DNA of 26,658 nt, taken from a virus (Duplodnaviria > Caudoviricetes). The notes beneath the pieces are model-generated. The model was not told the origin of the DNA. It ran no database searches and worked only from the letters and a program-made list of their open reading frames with translations. The stretch is taken from IMG/VR virus record IMGVR_UViG_3300025389_000101, positions 1-26,658 of that record. One strand, written 5' to 3'. Position 1 is the first letter of the stretch. Each line of letters opens with the position of its first letter. A program made the translations under genes and the position numbers. This document shows, piece by piece, positions 17,948 through 24,942 of the stretch.

Positions 17948-18549
17948 TTAACCTTAGTAATCATACCGTTACAGTTTGTGATACTATTCCACTGTTTGCA
18001 CCGATAGATTTATCGGTGCAGGCAGGAGAAATTGCTGTTATTATGGGAGCAAGTGGAGTAGGGAAAACTAGTCTGCTTGCTTCTATTGCCACTCAAAGTG
18101 ATATTATATTCAAGAATCAATTTCGTGTTTTTCAAGAAAGTCATCAACTATTTCCATGGATGACTGTGCGAAAAAATTTAGAATTAGTATGCCAAAAACC
18201 ATATATTGATTTGGTAAAACGATGGAATCTAGAACAATACTTAGATCATAGTCCATCAAATTTAAGTGGCGGACAGCGCCAACGATTCACGTTAATTCGT
18301 GGTCTATCCAGTGGATTGCGCACATTGTTATGTGACGAACCGCTAAGCGCCTTAGATGGTCTTACAGGGGCAACTGTTGCAAAAGATTTTCGTGAGATTG
18401 TTCATGAAGAGAATTTAACCGTAGTATGGGTTACACACAATGTAACCGAAGCAAGAATTGTCGGTGATAGCATATATTTGCTCAGTAAAAATGGTCTCAA
18501 AAATATAACCGAAGAGGATGATTTAATTGTTTCGATCCTTTCTTTATAA
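17944..18549 (+). CDS. ABC transporter ATP-binding protein (TauB/SsuB-like, compact)
   Basis: GASGVGKT, VFQE..LFPWMTV..N, LSGGQRQR, LLCDEPLSALD, VTH. The GTG at 17944 overlaps the SBP TGA. Confidence 0.92.
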   Translation: MINLSNHTVTVCDTIPLFAPIDLSVQAGEIAVIMGASGVGKTSLLASIATQSDIIFKNQFRVFQESHQLFPWMTVRKNLELVCQKPYIDLVKRWNLEQYLDHSPSNLSGGQRQRFTLIRGLSSGLRTLLCDEPLSALDGLTGATVAKDFREIVHEENLTVVWVTHNVTEARIVGDSIYLLSKNGLKNITEEDDLIVSILSL

Positions 18550-19273
18550 TATTTTAGCCCTTTTGCTTATATTAGTAGGATGGCATGTGCTTTATCTGCT
18601 TGTTCAAGAACCGCTTATTTTTCCTGATAGCACGAGTATATTATCTGCACTGTATGATCTTATATGGACAGCTAAATTTTGGTTTAGTTTCTATTATACT
18701 ATGCGAACACTGTTGTTAAGTTATATTATTGGCATGTTTATAACCATTGTTATTATATTACTTTGTATAAAATATAGTTGGTTAAAAGCGTTATTTGAAC
18801 GTTATTGTGCATATTTCAATCCACTACCAAGTTTCGTGCTGGTGCCCTTTATGAGCCTGTTTATGGGGCTTGGAGCAGCAGTTGTGTATAGTATCATTAT
18901 ATGGAATATAGTGTGGCAAAGTGGGTTACAGGTACTGCGAGCCATTGAAACGGTAAATGAACAATGGGGCAAACATGTACAAAATCTTCAATGGTGTGGC
19001 ACAAAGGCACTTAATAAAGTTTATATACCTGCTGCTATCAGTAATCTAATAGGTATAGCAAGTACAAGTTGGGCAAACAGTTGGCGGATATTGATTAGTT
19101 TAGAAGTTGTATTTGGCAGCATTGGCGGATATTTTGGGTTAGGTTCATATATTATTGATGTTAAAAGTAAATTAGACATTGACCAAATGTATGCTATTCT
19201 GTTTGTTATTGCATTAACAGGGGTTATTATTAATAGTTTATTGAATAATTTAAAAAAGAAATATAGTTATTAA
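18527..19273 (+). CDS. ABC transporter permease (TauC/SsuC-like)
   Basis: Multiple hydrophobic segments; PLPSFVLVP, KVYIPAA, W..LISLE and GLGSYI patterns; TTG start with GAGG upstream. Confidence 0.88.
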   Translation: MFRSFLYNILALLLILVGWHVLYLLVQEPLIFPDSTSILSALYDLIWTAKFWFSFYYTMRTLLLSYIIGMFITIVIILLCIKYSWLKALFERYCAYFNPLPSFVLVPFMSLFMGLGAAVVYSIIIWNIVWQSGLQVLRAIETVNEQWGKHVQNLQWCGTKALNKVYIPAAISNLIGIASTSWANSWRILISLEVVFGSIGGYFGLGSYIIDVKSKLDIDQMYAILFVIALTGVIINSLLNNLKKKYSY

Positions 19274-19283
19274 AGGACTTACT

Positions 19284-19883
19284 ATGACTTGGTTTTATAA
19301 AATTTTAGAAGATTTACCGCATGTTCCACAACATTTAATTGAACGTGCTTATACTCAAATAGACAAAGAATTAGAACAAATGCCAGTAGGCAAACAGCAA
19401 ATTGATTGGAATAAAATTACTACCGATACAATTATTGTAGATGGCGTTGCTAAAACCAATGCACCTAACTTAGCTTATAGTTTAGATGATGAAATGCGTG
19501 ATTGGGTTTATAGTAACATTACAGACAAAAGTGTAGTTAATATTCGTATTGCTAAAGCAGATACAGGAAAAGATGGCAAAGATACAAATGGCGCACATTG
19601 TGACCTTAGCCGCAATTATAGTTTAATCTACCTACTTGATGGCGGCGGCGCGGACCATAAGACAGTATTTTATCACGAACGTGGCAAACCACTCTTGCGT
19701 AACAATGGCGACCGGTGCAATGATCATAGCTTATTGGATATCGTTGAAAATTTTCAGATACCCTTACGAACATGGACAGTGATACAAACTCGTATATTGC
19801 ATGGCGTTCGTAATATCCCACGTCCAAGAATTAGTATTCAAGTAGGTTTAAACAGTGTTGAAGGTCTAGGCATTAGTGAATAA
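19284..19883 (+). CDS. Putative 2OG-Fe(II) dioxygenase (double-stranded beta-helix fold)
   Basis: AHCD...YSLIYLL..GG...TVFY...W......LHGV.N...RISIQ gives HxD...H...RxS. SD AAGGA. Confidence 0.65.
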   Translation: MTWFYKILEDLPHVPQHLIERAYTQIDKELEQMPVGKQQIDWNKITTDTIIVDGVAKTNAPNLAYSLDDEMRDWVYSNITDKSVVNIRIAKADTGKDGKDTNGAHCDLSRNYSLIYLLDGGGADHKTVFYHERGKPLLRNNGDRCNDHSLLDIVENFQIPLRTWTVIQTRILHGVRNIPRPRISIQVGLNSVEGLGISE

Positions 19884-20994
19884 TTTTCATGTAGATTTAA
19901 ATTCAGATACTTTTTATCTAGTAGATAATGTAAAAGTTTATAGCAAAATTAAAGCTATTGAATTAGCCAAGGGTGATATTTCACGTATTAGCTTTAGTTG
20001 GATGGAAGATACGTGGGATTCGGTAGATTGGACGTTTGAACCGCAAGAATCCTGGAACCAACTTTTAAAAAAAAGATGTCAGCAAATTCGTGACAAATAC
20101 AATTATATCTCACTATGGTATAGCAGTGGTTATGATAGTCATACTATGTTACGAAGTTTTGTTGATAATAATATATTATTAGATGAAATATTAATAATGG
20201 ATCGCAGTGATTTTTTTGATGATCCAGAACTTAAATTTTCAATATCACATGCAAAATTAGTAAAAGATCAATATTTTCCAAATCTTAAAATTAATGTAGT
20301 TAAAGTTGATTATCGTTCTTTAGATGATTTTTATAAAATAAATGGTTTAAATTGGATTTATCATCCTGGTTATAGTTTAAAAATTGCTAAAACTCACAGA
20401 TATTTTAGCACACAAATTTTACCTGAATTTCAAAATACTAATAACAATCGCGGTAATATTATGGGTGTTGATAAACCTAAATTGTTATTGCGAGATGGTA
20501 AATGGTTTGCATTTTGTCCAGACGGCAGTGCTCTTGATTTTATTGGATGTAATCAAGAAAATTTTTATTATAGTAGTGATTTGCCACAGTTAAACATTAA
20601 ACAAACGCATATGGTTATTAATTGGTTTGAATCTTTGCCTGAACTTAACGAAGATTTGGTACATGATATTCAAGGAAGAAATCGTTCAACACAAATACAT
20701 TACAAATATTATGCTGATTGGAATATGGCAATGGGAAGATTTGCTTTAACAAATTCTGATATTACAAGCATAACAGGGTTGCATAAATTTTTTAGTTCTA
20801 ATGATGAGAAATCACCCGATGCTATTAAATTTTATAATCATACAAAAAATATTGACAGTTCAACTTTTAAGATATATACTCAAGGCATAGAAATAGCAAA
20901 ACAATTTGACAATGGCATTATTGGCTCAGCAGCAAGTAAAACAATACTCAGCAAGCAATATTACATAAAAAATCAGGCAAATCAGGCTCAATAG
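19876..20994 (+). CDS. PP-loop (adenine nucleotide alpha-hydrolase-like) protein of unknown function
   Basis: RCQQIRDKYNYISLWYSSGYDSHTML contains an SGxDS PP-loop. The GTG start overlaps the upstream gene. Confidence 0.6.
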   Translation: MNNFHVDLNSDTFYLVDNVKVYSKIKAIELAKGDISRISFSWMEDTWDSVDWTFEPQESWNQLLKKRCQQIRDKYNYISLWYSSGYDSHTMLRSFVDNNILLDEILIMDRSDFFDDPELKFSISHAKLVKDQYFPNLKINVVKVDYRSLDDFYKINGLNWIYHPGYSLKIAKTHRYFSTQILPEFQNTNNNRGNIMGVDKPKLLLRDGKWFAFCPDGSALDFIGCNQENFYYSSDLPQLNIKQTHMVINWFESLPELNEDLVHDIQGRNRSTQIHYKYYADWNMAMGRFALTNSDITSITGLHKFFSSNDEKSPDAIKFYNHTKNIDSSTFKIYTQGIEIAKQFDNGIIGSAASKTILSKQYYIKNQANQAQ

Positions 20995-21020
20995 TCCCTC
21001 TTATCAGAATCTATTTGAAG

Positions 21021-21284
21021 GTTGTCAGCACCCCGACATTGCTGTATGGACAACGTTTGGCTAACGATAGGCTAAACGATGAGGCTCTGAGAAAAAGCAA
21101 CCTCAACTTACATATGTTCGCTAACAAGGGTATATGTAAGGTCCGTTGGTTATAATCTACAGGATGCAAAGGGGTACAGGCTAACCGCCCCACTTGGCAA
21201 CAAGTTCCGTTTGTTAGTGTCTATTTGATGGCTCAAATGAAGCGTCATAGGCATGGATTTCCTGCTTAAGGAAATCTATGTCTA
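21021..21284 (+). ncRNA. Candidate large structured non-coding RNA (unassigned family)
   Basis: Eight nearly contiguous hairpins, G-U wobbles compatible only with the + strand, a GCAA tetraloop and loop-distal complementarities (21120-21127 with 21211-21218). No credible ORF. Confidence 0.62.
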
Positions 21285-21312
21285 AAATCTGGTCTAAATG
21301 AAACTAGAAGAA

Positions 21313-21388
21313 TTAATTATATTATAATTAAGAGCGAAGCGAAAGGTGAGTGAGCGATAGCGAACGAACTGATGTGCGAAGCACATCA
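21313..21388 (+). other. AT-rich palindrome plus a cluster of GNA/GNNA-loop hairpins with tandem G.A pairs (candidate origin or priming signal)
   Basis: TTAATTAT-ATT-ATAATTAA (21313-21331); GCGAAGC at 21334 and 21376; GT-GA-GT-GA-GC-GATA-GC-GA-AC-GA-AC (21346-21369); TGATGTGC-GAA-GCACATCA (21370-21388). Confidence 0.5.
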
Positions 21389-21394
21389 TATAAC

Positions 21395-21589
21395 TTAGAA
21401 ATAAGGCAAACCACTTTTCTTAGTTGTTTCTATGTGATCTTCTACCATTTTAGCAATAATCTGACGTTCTGTGACACTCATATTCATAGCTTCGGTGTAG
21501 GTAAGCCCACCACGCATGTGCCAACACATCTCTAAAATATTCTTTTTTATAGATTTTACTTCTTTTTCATAACTTTCCACCATAGCCAT
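21395..21589 (-). CDS. Small baseplate hub assembly protein (gp51-like); possibly the -1 frameshift extension of the gp26-like gene
   Basis: WHMRGGLTYTEAMNMSVTERQII motif, directly downstream of the gp26-like gene. The frame stays open upstream to a slippery site. An alternative own start at ATG 21583 has GAGGT 7 nt upstream. Confidence 0.68.
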   Translation of the reverse strand: MAMVESYEKEVKSIKKNILEMCWHMRGGLTYTEAMNMSVTERQIIAKMVEDHIETTKKSGLPYF

Positions 21590-21609
21590 TACCTCATCAT
21601 ATGTGAGAT

Positions 21610-22452
21610 TTAGGATAGTGGCTCGAAAAAATTTGCATAATCAAATGTCACTGCCACATTATAATCGTGACTACATTCCTCACATTGCACACGAGCAGGT
21701 GGTAATCCCGCTACTTCTGCAAAATCACGTAGTTTTTGTTGAACTGCTTTGATTGTTGCATTGCTAGCATTTGTATAAAATTCAGCAATAAAATTCTTGT
21801 CAGTAACTTTTTCACCATCACTTGTTGTAATGCTTTCGGTAGAATCAGTAAGCTGTGCAATACTATTATTCACTACATTTTTAAGGTGTTGGTCAAGTTG
21901 AAATTTCTTAACTTCGCCATCTACATCATCATCATTAATAAGCTGTATAATTTTTTGTTCTTCAAATGAGTTAATATTGGAACGATTACTTTGCATATAA
22001 TTTAGTGGTTTAAGCTTAATAATAAGTTCATCTATGCTTACTGTTTCACTAAAATCTGGACTACGCACACGTAACAAAATTGGATTCAAATCAAGACGAT
22101 GGCGATTTTCATGATTGCACTGCGGACAAGTACTATCAATATCCATTCCCTCGCCATATGTGGCAATACGAATAGCTATTAATATTGCGTCCATATCAAT
22201 AGAAGGCATAGCCCAAGCATTGGTAATTGCTGGCACACAACTTTCAATTACGCTTACAACTCCTTGTCCATTCATTAAAGCATCAGGTGTGCGCAGCATG
22301 ATTTCATCTTTAGCTGTCATAGGCATAATGCCTACTTCGCCATTTGCTGGCAAATTAATAGTATTAGGCAACCAATATTTTCCACCACTTGGTAGCTTCA
22401 AAAAGATAGAAGGCTGACGAAAATGACCACTTAAAGGATTAGAATTTTGCAT
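21610..22452 (-). CDS. gp26: Baseplate hub assembly protein, T4 gp26-like
   Basis: NPL..HFRQP.I..KLPSGG...PMTAKDEI.L...D.DAILIAIRIATYGE...CPQC...CEEC...FF. Confidence 0.82.
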   Translation of the reverse strand: MQNSNPLSGHFRQPSIFLKLPSGGKYWLPNTINLPANGEVGIMPMTAKDEIMLRTPDALMNGQGVVSVIESCVPAITNAWAMPSIDMDAILIAIRIATYGEGMDIDSTCPQCNHENRHRLDLNPILLRVRSPDFSETVSIDELIIKLKPLNYMQSNRSNINSFEEQKIIQLINDDDVDGEVKKFQLDQHLKNVVNNSIAQLTDSTESITTSDGEKVTDKNFIAEFYTNASNATIKAVQQKLRDFAEVAGLPPARVQCEECSHDYNVAVTFDYANFFEPLS

Positions 22453-22463
22453 TTTTTGAGTTC

Positions 22464-22500
22464 CATAAATAATAGTTGAAGAGTTATAACTTTATTTATA
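22464..22500. promoter_or_regulatory. Face-to-face late promoters for the tape-measure-like gene (+) and gp26 (-)
   Basis: CATAAATA on + at 22464-22471; perfect TATAAATA on - at 22493-22500; palindrome AGTTATAACT at 22482-22491 between them. Confidence 0.65.
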
Positions 22501-22513
22501 GACGGGATTTTTC

Positions 22514-24901
22514 ATGGCCGGAGAATATGGTGGTTTTGACACCCCAATAGAATTGCAAGCCTATTTGGATAGTATTGGCGCTATTAAAACACGCTATGAT
22601 ACTCTTGGCAAAGCACTTGAATCATTAAAAAACCGCACTGATGTGCTATCTCTTGCTGAAAAAGATGCAGCAGATTTGCGTAAAACTACTAAAAATGCAG
22701 AAGCTGCTTATAAAAAACGTTTAGATGAATTACGTCAAACAGTTATAGCAAGTGGCGGAACCTATCGTGATTATGAAGCACAACAAGTAAAAGTAACCGC
22801 TGAATATAAATCTTATATAGAAGAACTTAAAAAAGGAAGTCCTGCATCTCAAAAATTAGCAGAAGAAATGCTGAATAATGCAGATGAGATTGAAAAAAAT
22901 TCTGACAAACAAGCTAAAAATAATGTTCAAATTACACTTGCTACTTCACTTCTTAAATCATTTGGACGTGGATTAGATGGTGTAGTACGAGCATATCAAA
23001 GTGGCGCAAGTGATATTTCATTTGGTTCTTCTATTCTTTCTACTGCTATTACTGAAGGTGCAAGTGCTACTAGTGCTATTGCAGGCGCTGCTGGTGCTGC
23101 TGGCACTGGTCTTGCTACTTTTGGAAGTAAAATACCACGAGTTGGTGGTGCAGTTGCACTATTTGGTCAAGGTTTAGAACTTGCTGCTCCATTTATTAGT
23201 AAATTTGCTGGTGGATTAAGTGAAGTTGCACAAAAAGTATTGCCAATTTTAACTCAAGAGTTAGAAAAAAATTATAATGCTTTCAATGCTATAAGCAGTA
23301 GTGGTGCTGTATTTGCAGATGGTTTAGTAGGGATGGCAGCAGCAGGCAAAGCTGTAAATCTTGCTCTACCTGATTTTGCAGACGTACTACAACAAAATGC
23401 ACAAAGTTTAGCTGCTAGCGGTCTTGGTATGACAACTGCTGCTCAACAAATGGGCAGAGTTGGTATGGTAATGAAACAAACTGGAGTTACCAATGAACTT
23501 TTGCGTTTAGGAATTAGTTTTAAAGAACAAGCGGGTTTAATTTCAGACACTATGGCTAACTTTGCTTCTACAAACAGATTACGTGGAGCTAGTGAGCAAC
23601 AATTATCACAATATACAAATGATTACGCAACAAATTTAAAAGTATTAAGCGGTATTACAGGTGAAGATGCTAAAAAAGCACTTGAAAGAAATCGTCGTGC
23701 TGCTTTTGATGCTGACGTTTATGCAAAACTACAAAAAATGGGTCCAGATGCAGTTGCAAAATTTCAATCTCAATTAGAAATTTTTAATAAAACTGATCCA
23801 ACTGGCAAACTTGGCGAAGCATTCAAACAACAATTTGCTGGTATAACAAATAGTACTGATCCAGCAATTCGTAGTTTAATGCAAATGCCTGAAGTTTCTG
23901 CTGGTTTTAGAGATTCTATTTCAAGTCTAAATGATCCTACAAAAACTATGGCTCAAACAAGCGCAGATACTGCCGGTGCAATAGGCAAAATGCGTGAAGA
24001 ATTGTCACAAAATGTAGGCAGATTTACAAATATAAGTGCTGCAGCACGTGCGGGTGTAGGCGGTATTGTTGCTGATATTAATACTGTTGTTGGTAATATT
24101 TTAAGCACCACATCATTAAACAAAGAAGCAGTACAAGCTCAAATGGCAGATGTTGAAGCTCAAAAGAAAGCTAGTGGTGATTTAACTCAAAGTATGGTTG
24201 GTGCCGTAGAAGCTTCAAACGAAGCCAAACTAACAATACAAGATACTTTCTTAAAAACTGGTGTGCTTGGAGCATTTGCAGATGGTATTACTGGAGCAAC
24301 TAAGGCATTAAAAAAACTTATTGAAGAGTTTGGTGGAACTACTGGAACAAGCAGTGGAACTGGTGGCGGAAGCAATTTAAGTTTAGGTGGTGCATTAGAA
24401 GGAGCAGCTACTGGCGCAACTATAGGAAGTGCTGTTCCCTTAATTGGCACTACTGCGGGTGCTGTTATAGGTGGAGTTGTAGGCAGTGGCGTTCTTAGTG
24501 CATCTGTAGAAGCCGCAGTTAATAATGCTAGACTTGCAAATCCAATGAATGATCAAGATATTGCTACTCAGTTAGCTGCAGCAGGCGCAGGTGGTGCTAG
24601 CGGAATGATTTCAAGCGGACCTATTACAGGTTATTTTGCAAAACTTCATGGAACAGAAGCTGTATTGCCAGCAGATTTAACTAAAATGCTTACTGATGTA
24701 TCAGAAAATTATGCAAATAATTCGCTAAACAATATATCAAATGATGATATAACACGAGCAACAAATAATAGTGACAGCACAAAATTTGCAGAAGCATCAG
24801 CAAATTTCTTAGAAACACTTAATCGTAAAATGGATTTACTTATTTCAGCAACCGTTGAAGTTGCTCGTTACACAAAAGATACAAGTGTAAGAATTACGTA
24901 A
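22514..24901 (+). CDS. Tape measure-like tail protein
   Basis: 795 aa, Ala/Gly-rich and helical, with glycine-zipper segments (GATIGSAVPLIGTTAGAVIGG) and a C-terminal LHGTEAVLP motif. Adjacent to the gp26-like gene. Confidence 0.68.
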   Translation: MAGEYGGFDTPIELQAYLDSIGAIKTRYDTLGKALESLKNRTDVLSLAEKDAADLRKTTKNAEAAYKKRLDELRQTVIASGGTYRDYEAQQVKVTAEYKSYIEELKKGSPASQKLAEEMLNNADEIEKNSDKQAKNNVQITLATSLLKSFGRGLDGVVRAYQSGASDISFGSSILSTAITEGASATSAIAGAAGAAGTGLATFGSKIPRVGGAVALFGQGLELAAPFISKFAGGLSEVAQKVLPILTQELEKNYNAFNAISSSGAVFADGLVGMAAAGKAVNLALPDFADVLQQNAQSLAASGLGMTTAAQQMGRVGMVMKQTGVTNELLRLGISFKEQAGLISDTMANFASTNRLRGASEQQLSQYTNDYATNLKVLSGITGEDAKKALERNRRAAFDADVYAKLQKMGPDAVAKFQSQLEIFNKTDPTGKLGEAFKQQFAGITNSTDPAIRSLMQMPEVSAGFRDSISSLNDPTKTMAQTSADTAGAIGKMREELSQNVGRFTNISAAARAGVGGIVADINTVVGNILSTTSLNKEAVQAQMADVEAQKKASGDLTQSMVGAVEASNEAKLTIQDTFLKTGVLGAFADGITGATKALKKLIEEFGGTTGTSSGTGGGSNLSLGGALEGAATGATIGSAVPLIGTTAGAVIGGVVGSGVLSASVEAAVNNARLANPMNDQDIATQLAAAGAGGASGMISSGPITGYFAKLHGTEAVLPADLTKMLTDVSENYANNSLNNISNDDITRATNNSDSTKFAEASANFLETLNRKMDLLISATVEVARYTKDTSVRIT

Positions 24902-24915
24902 TAGCCCAATATAAC

Positions 24916-24923
24916 TATAAATA
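24916..24923 (+). promoter_or_regulatory. T4-type late promoter TATAAATA upstream of the portal gene
   Basis: Perfect consensus, followed by SD AAGGA (24930-24934) and ATG at 24943. Confidence 0.78.
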
Positions 24924-24942
24924 TCTTACAAGGATTTAATTC

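Noticed and set aside
21011-21193. Minus-strand 60-aa ORF (and the + strand ORF 21350-21535)
   Set aside because: No convincing SD or recognisable motif; the sequence is better explained by stems, and the second ORF is antisense to the gp51-like gene.
21248-21388. Rho-independent terminators for the convergent operons
   Set aside because: Neither strong hairpin is followed by a U-tract on either strand.
20995-21394. Group I/II intron, tmRNA, RNase P, tRNA, HEARO/omega RNA or CRISPR array
   Set aside because: No interrupted gene, no P7 or domain V motif, no T-loop/CCA end, no GAGGAAAGTCC, no adjacent IscB/TnpB and no regularly spaced repeats.
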